This document shows positions 1-15,768 of a stretch of 64,000 bases of DNA, piece after piece. This stretch comes from Felis catus (lineage: Eukaryota). Location: positions 92,010,001-92,074,000 of the forward strand of contig NC_058368.1 in NCBI RefSeq assembly GCF_018350175.1. Reading direction: 5' to 3'. Under the pieces are notes generated by a model. That model had not been told where the DNA came from. It saw nothing but the letters and a program-made list of their open reading frames with translations, and did not search any database. The position numbers and the translations under genes were made by a program. The first letter of the stretch is position 1. Each line of letters opens with the position of its first letter.

Positions 1-193
1 AACACTCAGCCATGCAGCCTACAACTGTCTCAGCCTTCACTTCCTCCTTCTGCAGGGCCTCAAGATAGCCAGTGGTGAGAGCTTAGAGCTTTTCAGGTCT
101 TTCCTGAAAAGGCAATGGCACAGGGCATGAGCATATCTCTATGTGTATGCATGACCTTCTAGATTCTCCAGGACTATGTCAGAACTTGTTCAT

Positions 194-620
194 TTTTTTT
201 TTTTTTTTAAATGTTTATTTTGAGGGGCGCCTGGGTGGCTCAGTCGGTTAAGCGTCCGACTTCAGCTCAGGTCACGATCTCACGGTCTGTGAGTTCGAGC
301 CCCACGTCGGGCTCTGGACTGATGGCTCAGAGCCTGGAGCCTGCTTCTGATTCTGTGTCTCCCTCTCTCTCTGACCCTCCCCGTTCATGCTGTCTCTGTC
401 TCAAAAATAAATAAATGTTAAATAAATAAAATAAAATAAAATAAATGTTTATTTTGAGAGAGCACGTGCATGTGTGTGCGCATGTGGGGTATGGACAGAG
501 GAAGAATCCCAAGCAGGCTCTGCGCTGTTAGCACAGAGCCCGACGCGGAGTTCCATCTCACAAACCATGGGATCCTGACCTGAGCCACAATCAGTCGGAG
601 ACTTAACCACTCAGGCGCCC
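194..620. mobile_element. Nested inverted CanSINE pair: + strand SINE (~225-442) inserted into the tail of a - strand SINE
   Basis: GGGGCGCCTGGGTGGCTCAGTCGGTTAAG head, (CT)n and A-rich tail; inner TSD aaatgtttattttgag at 209-224/443-458; outer TSD cttgttcat at 185-193/621-629. Confidence 0.9.
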
Positions 621-1059
621 CTTGTTCATCTTCTGTTGCTCCTCTGGAGTGATCTTGGGGCCACACGTCAACCTATTGTGCCAGTTCAGCATCTTGGCCA
701 GGTCATGGTTCCAAACAAAAGATGCTATAATACATACACTCCACACCTTTTAACAAGTTCATGGTTTATAATACTATACAGTAAGTAGCCTTGGTCCATC
801 CCCTGTGTCCGTTCCACACATAATTTGTTTTGGACGGATTAGAAATCCGCCTCATGGCAGACTCACCTAGGAAGCTTCTTATGCTCTCAAGCATGGGACT
901 CTGCTCACAGATTTTGAAGATGATCTAGCAAGACACCATTACCCATTAGAAAAAAATTCCAAGCCTTTTTGAGGATGGGAGCGCCTGGAATTTTGTAGAC
1001 AAATGATGGGAATGTGATAAGACAACTACTTCAGAAGAGTCTTAACAGTTTTTTTTATA

Positions 1060-1600
1060 AAGCTCAACACACATTGATCATACAACCCAGCAGCTCCACT
1101 CCTAAGAGAAATGAGAACATACGTTTGCACAAAGCCTTGTTAGAAATGTTCTCAACGGTTTTATTCGTAATAGCCAAAAAAATAAAAAAATAACGCAAGG
1201 GGCCATTAACGGGAGATTGCACAGACAAATGGCAACATCCATATCGTGGAATACTAGCACCAATAAAATGAACAAACTGATCCACATAAGACAGGAAATT
1301 TTCAAAACCATGTTGTGCAGAAGCGGCCAAGCACAGAAGGGAACATCCTCTGCGATTTCATTCATACATTCTGGAAAAGACAAAACTGTACTGACAGCAA
1401 GTGGTTGCCTGGGCCAGTAGTGGAGGGACACAAGGAACTTTCAGGGGGTGGTGGAAACGTTTGGTATCTGCGTTGTGGTGGAGGCTCCACAGGTCTATAT
1501 ACTTGTCAAATTGCACTGAACTATATACACTGGAAATATATGCAGTTTGTTGTATATACACTATAGCTCAATAGTTTTCTTTTTAAGTATGTTTAAAAAA
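1060..1600 (+). mobile_element. Old L1M (LINE-1) 3' fragment
   Basis: Typical L1M 3'-end motifs (acccagcagctccactccta, tttattcgtaatagccaaaa, atggaatacta-like, aaactgtactgac); boundaries approximate. Confidence 0.65.
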
Positions 1601-2308
1601 AAAAAATAGTCTGCAAGAGACAGCCTTACTCCTAACTTTCTGTAACACAGGTCCCCACTCAGACACCTGCAAAGCCAGGCAGAGGAAGAGAGTCCAAGCA
1701 GTCAGGGTGCCCAAAGGGGACAGACAGCCAGTTCCTGTGTAGACAGGCCAGGTTTAAGTCAAGAATACATATTTACCATTAGCACCTAATTCAAAGCTTT
1801 TGATGCCATGCAAGCCACAAACAAATCCTCAGGCCACATGTGGCTTACGGTCCGCTGACTTATGGTCTGCACCCTAAAATCTGTCAAACAGAGCACTGAG
1901 CCAAATGACAGAGTGGCTTTTCCTGGGTGTGGCTCCAGCATGGTGCTCTTGACCCTCTCTGAAGGAGGTGATGGGAACGAGTCCAATGCTCTGGGTCTGG
2001 CCCTGACCTGGGAGATGGGGCCCTAAAGCCTCTTGACAAAAACCAGCTCTGTGGGAATGACCACTCCTCTCCTCTGATTCTGCCTCTTGGGGCTCCTCCT
2101 GTACCCCTGAGGGTGCCTTACCTGAGTTACAGTCACATCAGCACCTGGAAAGGCAGGACAGCCCACGGGGGCTTCAGGAGAACCCCATTTGCCCGAGTCC
2201 CCTGAATTCTGAGGGGTTCAGGCCTGTGCTCGTCGCTGCCCTTGGAACGTGGGTGGCAGTTCTGCCCTCATGCTCCCTGAGGCACAGCCCACTTTCCTGA
2301 GTATCTGA

Positions 2309-5695
<3,387 letters not shown>

Positions 5696-6568
5696 GGCAG
5701 CCCTGTGGAGTGGTGTTCTTCTCTGGGTGAGTGGGCTTTGCTTCTCGAGACCCACACCTGGGTTCTTTGCCATCAGCGGTGGCTCCTTCACTCAGAAAGC
5801 CAAAGCTTTCTCTTAACATTTTGTTCCAAGTGATGTTCCCTTCCCCCAGATAGGCTTGAAACAATGGGCCCTTTCCAGACACCCTGCCAGAAAAATCTCC
5901 AATACTTGCATTTGATAGCTGACATGAGAAAGCAAGAGTAGCACTTTCCTCCTAGAAGTAGCCAGTTCCTTCTAGAAGTGATGGAAAACAAAATTCTTTT
6001 TTACCAGGCTTCATCCATCTAGGGCCCTAGCCCACTGCCGCCTATTGCAGCCAGCTAGTCTCAGGCCTTAACAACCAGCCTGATTGGGCGTCCCAATCCA
6101 GGCAGCGGACCGGCTCTGCCAGGGCAGGGTGGGCTATACTACACCACCCAGGAGGGGACCCTCGTGTCCAAATCGAGCCGGCTCCTATGACACTGCCTTG
6201 GTCTACGGGACCATACTGTCCTCACTGGGAGACGGGATCCTATTTTCATTGGCAGGGTAAGGAGAGATGTCTGAAGGTGCCCCAACGTCCTGCTGCGCTG
6301 GGGCATCCTTCACTGTACCACCTTCACTCCCTTGAACAGCTGCCTTCACTCTGAATCACTGAACTTTTTTCTAGAAGGGCAGGGCCAGATCATTAAAAGC
6401 AGCTGAGCAGCAGTACCCTGTGGCTGACAGGCTATGGCCGTGCCGGACAGGACTGCTGTTAGGTCACGGAGGGTACTGGAGCTTCGAAGGCTCAGGAGCA
6501 CCTGGCCCTTCCCCGCTCTCCTCCACAGCACACCCCACACTCACCCAGGCTTTGGGGGTTTTTAAATT

Positions 6569-6574
6569 TTTATT
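6569..6574 (-). terminator. HNRNPAB polyadenylation signal AATAAA (3' UTR ~6550-7090)
   Basis: Plus-strand TTTATT at the end of a U-rich 3' UTR, followed on the minus strand by G/U-rich sequence. Confidence 0.8.
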
Positions 6575-7090
6575 TCAAAAGCTTGGATAGCTTCAATATC
6601 CAGGTCGTGGCAAAATCAGGACACGTGTAAAATACCTTACAATACATTAGATTCCCAAAAGGTACCAAAAAGTACAGTAAAATTAACACTTCCATTAACA
6701 GGAAATGTATGACACAAATAATATAAAATTAAAAGGTGAAAAAAAGGTGACACTGGTTTCCTAAGATACAGTTTACTCTTTACAACCAGGGTCCACAGGT
6801 CCAGGCTGCAGAGCGGCAGCAGGAAGCAGACCCTCCAATCTGGCTCTGGGTAACCCGGGAATAAAATCAGCCCATAATGCCGCTCTGGCCTCAGAGACCC
6901 CACACGCTGCCTACAACAACTAGAGCTCTGGAAGTAGTCAACAGGAGAGTGATTTCCAGGGGGGAAATTTTAAATAAGATGCACATGGGACAGGCCATAG
7001 AAAGTATGCCAAGTTAAATTTGGTACATAATTGTGTTCACTCAATATCCAAACAAAGCGTGTGCGATCGGTCGGGCATCCTGCCGAAGCC

Positions 7091-7161
7091 TCAGTACGGC
7101 TTGTAGTTATTCTGATGGCCACCACGTCGCTGGCTCTTCCCGTAATTTGTACTACCCTGAC
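7091..7161 (-). CDS. HNRNPAB: HNRNPAB last coding exon (PY-NLS-type end)
   Basis: [22 protein letters not shown]. Confidence 0.95.
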
Positions 7162-10100
7162 CTAGGGACAAGAACAACAACGATAGCAGCTACGACTTAC
7201 TGAGCGTTTACCCCTGTGCCAGGCGCTTGACATGCATCCTCGCCGGAGCCTACAGCCCCGTCCGGCAGGGGTCTGTCCGTGCCCCACCTTCCTGAGGCCC
7301 AGAAGCTCAAGAGCTCAAAACCGGGGAGCTCTAGTGGCCGAGCCGGACCACACACAGCCCAGCCTGTCCGACTCCAAAGCCCCTGCTGCCAGTGGCCCCT
7401 GAGCTGTCTGTCCTGCCTCCCAGGGTGGGTGAGCAGACGGGGCCTCCCTCTCTCCTACTTACTGTAGTCGTAGCCGGGGCCGTAGCCGTAATAGCCATAG
7501 GGCGAGTAGTCGTAGCCGCCATAGCCGGGCCCGTAGCCCTGCTGGTAGCCGTAGCCCTGGTTCCAGTAGTTGCCGTAGCCCTGATTCCAACTCTGACTCT
7601 GACCTGTGGGGGGAGCGGGCACAGGGGCCCGTGGACCATTTAGCACACGCAGGAGCTAGGATGGAGGAAATCCTGCCCTTTGGGTGGCGGGGCTGCTAAT
7701 GGCAACTCGGGAGATAGAAGCCAAGGGACTGCCGTCCCAGTGTGGAGGGCCCCAGGCCCGGCCCTGCATCTGTGACCCGAGCCTGTGAGCTGCAGGCCGG
7801 GATAGGACTGAACACTGACTTCACTCAGGGCAAAAGAGATAGGAGCTCACTCTCACTCGATCTCCCTCTCCTCACCCCCACCCTCCCCGGCAGCTCGGCC
7901 TTAAAAAGGATGAAGTTCAGGCTTTGGAGTCAGAGGGGCCTGGACAGAAGGAGGTAAAGCGCCTGGCACAGCCCTGCCCTACCTTCTGCCCGCCCACCCA
8001 CGGGTGTACCAAGACTCGGGACAGCCGTGGAGACAAGTGCACCCTGTGCCCCCCACCCCTCCAAATGCAACGCAATCGCCCCTCTGCCCTAGGACCCCAG
8101 GCCATGAGAAAGCCAGGCTCTTCCATTCCAAGCAGCAGCAGAGCCGATGTGACTCGCCCCGGTGCACCATGCCCCGGAAGCCAGGGTGAGCCCTGAGATA
8201 GGCACAGAAGCTCCACACAGGCAGGGACCCTTCTTCATCCGGGTTCCACTCACCTCCGCTTCCGCCACCACCGCCACTGCCTCGGTTCCCTCGGTTGCGG
8301 TTCCCGCGGCCCCCAGAGCCATACTGCTGCTGCTGATACACCTCTTTGGGCTGGGCCACCTTGATTTCACACTGAAAGCAGAGAAGACAATGGGTCAGGC
8401 CACCATGACAAACTCCGGGCAGGGACTGTGGACAAAGACCTTTGCTGACAAACCTTCAGATAGCCACCTGCGACCACCTGCCCCAAAACAAAATATGCTC
8501 AAGTCGGAAGCCACGTGTAGGCTAGAAACTCTCAGGACCACAACTAAAATCTAGATAGACCAGAACTTACTAGGGTCTTTGGCTGAAACCTTTCCCCAGA
8601 GAACTTACTGGGGATGATAGATACAACCCCAGGCCTGCTGATGGCTGCTCAGGGGCAGCTCTGTGTCTAACTGGGAGGATGGACAGCGAGGCCAATGCCA
8701 ACCCAGTGTAGCAAGATCCCACATCAAGGGTCAAGTCTGATGCCAGCCTGGTCCTACTGGGCAAGGGGGGTGAGAGGTGGCTTCCCAAATAAGAAGCCTT
8801 ATAGGAGAAACAAAAAAAAAAAGAAACCACCTTTCTCAATTTTTTTTTTCTTACAGAAGAAACGAAGCATCCCACTCAAATACACTGAGGTGGTGACCTT
8901 CAGCTTGGAGGATGAAAACCACTGAAGCTCAGGACAAGGCTTCCCTGAGGCCCTACGGCTCCACCCCCACCTTCCCCAACCACTGGCCTATTGTCAAGAA
9001 GGGCCAGGAATCTGTGTCCCCTTAGGACGCAAAGAATCCTTTTTTTTGCTCAAAAATTTGCCCACTGTGTGTGCTATGAGAGTCCAGGACCTCCCAGTGC
9101 TCCTAATTAAATCAGGAGTTTACTTTTTAAAGAAAATACCTGGGCACATATACCTCCCTAATTAGGACCAAGAAAAAAAAACATAATGTATCACCATACA
9201 AGCATACTCTCCCTCAAAACTCAAAAAAATTAACAAGCTACCCCCTCAAATGATGCCATCTGATGTCTTCTGTTGAATTAAAATGCCAAATACATTTATT
9301 TCAGAACCCACTACCAGTTATAATTTACTACCTTACAGACACTTCCTATCCAGTTCACAGTTAAGACACAGAAAAAAAAGACCTCTGTGTCATTCATTGT
9401 CCACCGGAGGAACAATGAATGAGCGAGCTCTTACCCAACTGCTCCTAGGACTCAACATCATTTAAGGGCCCAATCCTGAATCCAGTCTAACTTCCCAGCC
9501 AAGATTAAGACTTCCAGAAGCCCCACCCTACCCGTCCCACCTTATCTGGCTGCTCCTGTGGCTCAGGGCCTGCCACACCCTGCCACAGCAGGCCACACCC
9601 TCAACTGCCTCCTAAGCCACCTGGAGAATACCTGAGACAAACTACCTCTGGCCTGACCAGAGTTCAGAGGAAAGGGTTGCAGTTCTCCCTGCACAGCACT
9701 GAGCTCATTTAAGGTAAAACTGGCCATGGATGCCAGCTCACTGAAACCCTGGGAGCTTTGGAAAGAATCTTCATCTGGGGTGGGAGTTCACTAAACCAGC
9801 ATCCAAAGGGGGTGGAAGTGAACAAAGATCTGTTTGTGGCGAGACAGGAGATAATAAGCTCCAGAGCAGTAAAAGACTTCACAGGGAACTGCTAGATGAC
9901 AGAAGTTCTAGAATCTTCTGAAACCTTAACTACAGGCCCTATTCGCCTCAGACTACATTCAGAACACCTTGACCTCTAGCTTTCAATCAGAAATCAAAGG
10001 GGCTACTCAACACCCTCTACCCCACAGAAACCACCCTTTCTCCTTCCTCCCACACATCCTGTGTTTCTGCCAATTCTACCGGCCTAGGAACCCCCTGAAG

Positions 10101-12532
10101 GGCAGGACCATCTGCCCCAATCAGGAAAGCAGACGCTACAGAAAAACAGTCGGGTCAGACTGCCCTAGAGAGTCCACCTCCTAACCCACACCTGTAAAAG
10201 CCAATTCGCCAGCAGGTGGCCAGATACAGAGCTCGTGACACCTTACCTTACTTCCACTGATGGTGTGGAACTTTTTCTCCAGAACCTTCTTCACAGGTTC
10301 CTCTTCTTTGAAGGTGATGAAAACAAAGCCTCGTCTTTTGTTCGTTTTTGGATCCATTGGAAGCTCAATGGCCTCAATCTGTAAACATACACAAAGCTCA
10401 GAACCAACACCTCTTCCCACCCCAGGACCCATAGGGAACTCCCAGGAGAAAAGACCCACAAAGGCCAGAATGAACAAGAAGCCTTGCTGAGGACGGCTAG
10501 AGCCAGCCAAGGCTGCCAAGAACCCGGAAGACCACAACCTCAGGGCAACCAGCAGACAGCTCCCTGAGTGACACACTCACCTCCCCAAACTCGCCAAAGT
10601 ATTCTCTGATCTTCTCCTCGGTGGCTTCAGGATTCAGACCCCCCACAAAAATTTTCTTTACCGGGTCCTTCTTCATGGCCATTGCCTTTTTGGGGTCAAT
10701 GACACGGCCATCCAGTCTGTGTTCCTTCTGGTCTAGGACCTGTCCCAACAGAAGGACATTAGGTTCTAACTCAGCAGCATGACCCTGAACAAGGCCCTTC
10801 TCTTTAAGACACAAAGACCCCAACACTGGTACACAAAATGTGTATGTCCCCTCCAAACTCTACACCGAACCTGACTTACCAACTCAACTTCTCCAAACTT
10901 CAAGTATAGCTACCCCCCCATCACCTTCCCTGCCCAGTCTCGGTTTAAAGCCGGTCTCTTTCAGGAGTAAAGCAGCAGTATCTAGAGTATAGGTTGGAAT
11001 CCACCCCTTTCTAGCTGTGTGAGCTCTTCTACTTAAACTTCTGAGTCTGTTTTCTGCAAATTGGGCCTAAAATAATGCCTTATTTCATAGCAACCCTGGA
11101 CTGTTTTCTAATCCCCACAATAAAGCATCTGCTTCAGCAATGCCCAGAGTAGGCATTAAAACATAATAAACACCAGCTATAATCTTCCTGGACCACTCTA
11201 GTCCATACCCATCGCTCTACCCAATCTGCATTTTTAATTCCTTCAAAAAAAACAAGAAAGTTCCTCACCTCTGCTGTTGCCAAAGCCCTCAGCCACTTAC
11301 AGCACACACAAACTAATCACACTCTAAGAATGATATCCTCTTAGATACACTTAAGAGTGTTGACATCAAATACGAAGCTTACCTTCTCCACACTGGCTGC
11401 ATCTTTGAAGAGGATAAACCCAAACCCTCTTGACCGGCCAGTGTTGGGGTCCATTTTTATTGTACAGTCAACGACCTCTCCAAATTTGGTAAAATAATCC
11501 TTTAGGTCCTTTTTGCTGGTATCCCAGCTCAGGCCACCAACGAACATTTTTCTGAAATGGTAAAGACACGTGCCAACAAGTCTTACAAGAAGCCTTGTGA
11601 TTTTAGAAGGGCTGGCCCTGACAGAACCTTCACTGTAAGGGTTGTAAACAAGGTGGCCATCCGGTCAAAGATGTACCCTTAATGTCCCCAAGGGAGGGTA
11701 CTGCCCTTGGAATGTACTAACAAATCTTCACTACCCTCCCAAACAACCTTGACCCTAACGGAGCAGCCCCAGACTGGGCAAAGAAGAGCACTCTTAGCCT
11801 GGGCTAGAAGCCCCCGAAACACTCATAACTGGAAGTCTTTTGACTACCAAGCCAAGTACCAAAAGGCTGCCGTCCCTGCCCGTCCTCCCCACCCTCGAGA
11901 ACTCGCCCTCAAGGAACTCGAGGCTTCCGGGGGCCGGAGACCGCGTTCAGACCGTGACTCCGCCCTCCGCGGGGTGGGGGAGGGAGGCCGCCGCCGGGGC
12001 GCGCGCCAACTCCGCCCACGCAGCCCCGCGGAGCCCGAGGCCGCCTCGGCCCCGGGTCCGAGGGCACTATCCCCCCCCACCCCCCGCCTTCGGGCCGCCC
12101 GCCCCCAGCCCCGCGCGAGCGGCCCCGGGGCGGCGCCAAAGTCGACCCAACAAACTCCTGCAAACTCCGGCGCGAGCGGCGGCGCGGCGGGCGCAGCGGG
12201 GCCGGGCGGCGGGCCGCGAGCAGGCCCCGGCCTCCCGCCCGCCCCTCCCCCCGCCGCGTGGCGCCAACAAAAGGCGGCCCCGGAACAAAGGCGGCGCCCC
12301 GGTCGGCCTGCGGCCGCACCTACCCCGCGTCCTCCTCGTTCTTGCTGGCGTTGATCTGGTCGCCCTCGGCGCCGTTCTGGTTGCCGGCCGGGGGCGCCGC
12401 GCTCCCGCCTCCAGCGCCCGCCGCGGCCCCGGTGCCCGCCCCCGCCGGCGACTCGCCTTCGGGGGCGGCCTCGTGTCCGTTCTCGGTGGCGCCCGTGGTC
12501 TCCATGGGCTGCTCCTCACCCGCTTCCGACAT
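7091..12532 (-). CDS. HNRNPAB: Heterogeneous nuclear ribonucleoprotein A/B, 332 aa; complement(join(7091..7161,7463..7603,8254..8371,10247..10378,10581..10739,11383..11551,12324..12532))
   Basis: [22 protein letters not shown]..., two RRMs (KMFVGGLSW...[17 protein letters not shown]...RGFVFITF), Gly/Tyr-rich tail ending [12 protein letters not shown]. Exon lengths sum to 999 nt. Confidence 0.98.
7463..7603 (-). CDS. HNRNPAB: HNRNPAB exon 7 (141 bp frame-preserving cassette exon, Gly/Tyr-rich)
   Basis: [46 protein letters not shown]; phase 1-1, length divisible by 3. Confidence 0.94.
8254..8371 (-). CDS. HNRNPAB: HNRNPAB exon 6
   Basis: [39 protein letters not shown]. Confidence 0.95.
8857..9300 (+). 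other. PHYKPL: Probable non-coding terminal (3' UTR) exon of PHYKPL, lying antisense inside an HNRNPAB intron
   Basis: Strong acceptor tttttttttcttacAG ending at 8856; ATTAAA at 9106-9111 and 9277-9282; matching donor GG|GTGAGT at 5727. The 3' end is approximate. Confidence 0.6.
10247..10378 (-). CDS. HNRNPAB: HNRNPAB exon 5 (RRM2)
   Basis: [44 protein letters not shown]. Confidence 0.96.
10581..10739 (-). CDS. HNRNPAB: HNRNPAB exon 4
   Basis: [53 protein letters not shown]. Confidence 0.96.
11383..11551 (-). CDS. HNRNPAB: HNRNPAB exon 3 (RRM1)
   Basis: [60 protein letters not shown] flanks. Confidence 0.96.
12324..12532 (-). CDS. HNRNPAB: HNRNPAB first coding exon (exon 2; begins at 12555 including UTR)
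   Basis: ATG at 12532; [11 protein letters not shown]...NEEDAG; donor GG|GTaggt. Confidence 0.96.
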
Positions 12533-12637
12533 GCTAGGCCGGGGCGCGGCGGCTCCTGCAACGAGCGACCACGGCGCGTCAAGGCCGCGCTGCTCCCACC
12601 CAGCTCCCGCCCGCCGCCCGCGGGCCCGGCCGCTCAC

Positions 12638-12840
12638 CTCGCGCCGATGACGCCGCGGGGCCCGCTCGTCCCCACCCGCAGGGAAGGCGCCGCGGGCTCG
12701 GCCGCGCTCACGCCCGCGCTGCCGGGCCTCGCCTCCGTCCGCCGACGGAGCTGCCGCGACCTCGCGTCCCCCTCCTCCGCCGCGCCGCACGGAGACCACC
12801 GATCAACACAGCTCGCTCGGGCCCGCGCGGTGCCGCCGCC
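12638..12840 (-). other. HNRNPAB: HNRNPAB non-coding exon 1 (TSS approximate)
   Basis: Donor GAG|GTGAGC at 12637; starts ~25-30 nt downstream of the TATAAA; no ATG in this exon. Confidence 0.75.
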
Positions 12841-15420
12841 TGACAATGCCGACTCGTGGCGCTCTTTATAATGCCGGGGCCGGGCCCACCTCGCAACAAG
12901 GCGCATGTTCATTGGCTACGCCAGCCCGTCACTCAACCCCGCGCCGGCGTCCCATTGGCCTCAGCGGCGCGCGCACGCTAAATCCGGGCGGGCTTTTGTC
13001 CTCATTTTAGAACCCGCGCGAGCCAGGGCCTTGCGGAGGGTTGCCGCGGCGGAGCGGGACCACGGTCTTGTCCCGAGCGAATGGCCGCGCGAGCCCAGTG
13101 GCCGAGGGGCCCGAGACGGTCTCTTCTCTGTGAGGCTGCAGTCTCTTGCCCCGATGCGCCCCATCCCAGCACAGTAGCTTCGGCCACTCTTATTTTCCCA
13201 AAAGAGGAAACTGGTCTCTAGGAAGTCTCGCAAACCAAGGTCGCTTGGCTGGAAGTGGCAGAACTCGGGCTGCCGAGATGGGCCGCCCAGGGTTCCCCGA
13301 AGGCCTTCCGCCAGGGCTCGAAGGGATTGGGACGCAACTCGCCCTCCCCTTTGACCTTGGTGCCCTCACAAGTCCCTTGCTCCCGCCCTTTCTGCTGCTT
13401 CCCCCAGTGGCAGAAGCGGACAGGGGGTGGAGCCCGCCGAGCGTCTGGTGCCAGTGGTGTTCCGGCAGGCAGGATGTGGCGGGAGAAAGGTTGGGACCAT
13501 GGTCTTCTCCAGTCTTATGTCGTCCGGCAGCACCTAGACGATAAGCGTTGTTTTTTATACTTCGTATTAAAATTTTTCACTTAAGTTAGTTCATTTATTT
13601 CTGCTGAAAAAAATTTTTTTAAGTTATTTTGACAGCGAGCGAGCACAAGGGGATGGACAGAAAGAGAGGGAGAGAGAATCCCAAGCAGGCTTCACGCTGT
13701 CAGCACAGAGCCCGAAGTCAGGCTTGAACTCACCAACCCTGTGATCATGACCTTTGCCAAAATCCGAAGTCGGATGCGCGACCAACTGAGCCACTGAGGT
13801 GCCCCTGAAATTTATTTTTAAGAGAAATATACCACTTCCCTGAAATCACGAAGTTGGAGGCCGGGAGGGATGGTTCTCTTTTTCCAATATACAAAACCCC
13901 TTAACTGGATATTCTTGACCACCAAACTTGAAAGGCCTGCGTGATTTCTGTTAATCATAATGGGTGACCAGGCCCCAAATGGACCAGTATTACAGCCTCT
14001 GCAGCCTGGGGATTGCCAAATGACAACAGAGCCCAAGAAGCTGACATTTCCTCCCTGAGTTTCTGCAGCCAGGCCCGGTGTGGTGAGCTGGGGGTTCTGT
14101 TTTCTTATCTAGTCTGCTAACAACCTTCTGGAAGGTGATACCATCACAAATTATATGGAAATCCAGAGCTGAGCTGTGGCCCAAAACTCACTCCCTTATC
14201 CAACCAGCCAGTGGAGATGCACTGAGAATGAAAAATGTGACAGTTTCCCATTGGGAAAAAATAATGGACTTCAGAACATCTGAAGATTTGGTCACCCAGC
14301 ACTGGATTCCCCCAAGGTATCAACCAACTAGAGCAGCAGCCCCCACCGACCCCCCCCCTCCACCCATCCAGATGAGCAAATACCTTCTGGGTCACCCCAG
14401 GGCCCAGCTGACTGCTTCACTTTCTGGCTATGTTCCACAACTGGAATTCACATATCTCCGTAAAACTGTGGTCATGTCATTGAAATCTGATAGTAAGGCT
14501 TGCAGGAAGACCTTAACAAACTCCCCACCCGACCTCCACCCCAGCCTGTGCCCACCCACAGAAATAAGGGTCAGGGATGTGGCTCACAGGGAATGATGGA
14601 CACAGCTGCCCCAACAGTGAGGATAATACAGGCAATGAAGTTCAAAGTCAAATAGTCTAAATGCAGCCACACAACGTAACTAATGATGAGGGCATACATT
14701 CACTTAATCTCCTGCTCTTGTCCACATGGATTCCTTTAGCACATCTTAGGAAACACTTTCCATGACATGTCAAGTCTGAGGATGACAACATTTGGACAGT
14801 GCTTCACAGTTTGCAAAATGCTTTCCCCGACATTACTTTATTGGAGCTTCACAATAATTTTTGTGTGAGGGTATCCGTAATTTATACAACAAAACACGTG
14901 AAATTGCATCTAAAATTGTAGCCGCTGGGGCACCTGGGTGGCTCAGTCAGTAAAGCATCAGACTCTTGCTTTTGGCTCAGGTCATGATCTCACGGTTCGT
15001 GACTTCAAGCCGGGCACTAGGCTCTGCACTGACAGAGCGGAGCCTGCTTGGGATTCTCTCCCTCTCTGCCCTTCCCTGGTGCTCACTCGCACTCTCTCTC
15101 TGTCTCTCTCTCAAAATAAATAAATAAACTTTTTTTTTACTTTAAAAAAAAGTTCAAAAAATAAAACAAATTAGATCTCATATCAGATTACATTTTTCTG
15201 AGGCTCAAATGAAGCAATGACTTAGAACTTATAAACTCTAAAGAACTGCAGACAAGAGGGGGTCGGTCTCAGCACAGCATACTTTCAGGTTGCCTCCAAG
15301 GGTGTTTCTGACTGAGGCAGGGCACCTGGCTCTTTGGAAGCAGCAGGAAGTCCCTTTGATCCGAGGATCCCACTCTTGTTATTGGGTCCCAGTTATAGAC
15401 CCTGAGCAGAGGACATCTTT

Positions 15421-15768
15421 TTTTTTTTTAATTATTTTTTTTAATTTTTTTTAACGTTTTTATTTATTTTTGAGACAGAGAGAGACAGCATGAATGGGGG
15501 AGGGGCAGAGAGAGAAGGAGACACAGAATCGGAAGCAGGCTCCGGGATCTGAGCCATCAGCCCAGAGCCCGACGCGGGGCTCAAACTCATGGACTGTGAG
15601 ATTGTGACCCGAGCTGAAGTCAGATGTTTAACCAACTGAGACACCCAGGCGCCCCTTAATTTATTTTTTTATTTTACATCCAAGGTAGTTAGCATATAGT
15701 GCAACAATGATTTTGGGAGTAGATTCCTTAATGCCCCTTACCCATTTGGCCCATCCCCCCTCCCACAA
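15421..15768 (-). mobile_element. 5'-truncated carnivore L1 3' end (~15656-15768) with a CanSINE (~15440-15655) inserted in its poly(A) tail
   Basis: 18-bp TSD tgagcagaggacatcttt at 15403-15420 and 15769-15786. Confidence 0.8.

Larger units (their letters stand above)
11870..13540. promoter_or_regulatory. CpG island / HNRNPAB promoter with TATA box (12865-12870, minus) and two CCAAT boxes (12911-12915, 12954-12958, minus)
   Basis: Very high GC and CpG density; TATAAA and CCAAT correctly oriented and spaced upstream of exon 1. Confidence 0.9.

Noticed and set aside
224..310. tRNA-like A/B-box sequence (TGGCTCAGTCGG...GTTCGAGCCC), recurring throughout the window
   Set aside because: tRNA-derived SINE heads with (CT)n and A tails; no genuine tRNA gene identified.
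690..1050. Unique-looking intronic stretch considered as a pseudogene fragment or hidden exon
   Set aside because: The frames I translated contain stops and resemble nothing I recognise; needs BLAST/RepeatMasker.
9905..9919. Perfect three-unit heat-shock element gTTCtaGAAtcTTCt in HNRNPAB intron 5
   Set aside because: Only nine specified bases, so one hit in 64 kb is compatible with chance; no other support.
12533..12799. In-frame GTG-initiated upstream extension of HNRNPAB
   Set aside because: Open only if intron 1 (12556-12637) is retained; GC-rich sequence makes this likely chance.
11707..12871. Long plus-strand ORFs (215 aa, 343 aa) antisense to the HNRNPAB 5' region
   Set aside because: Low-complexity Pro/Arg/Ala/Gly translations with non-ATG starts, expected from stop-codon scarcity in a CpG island.
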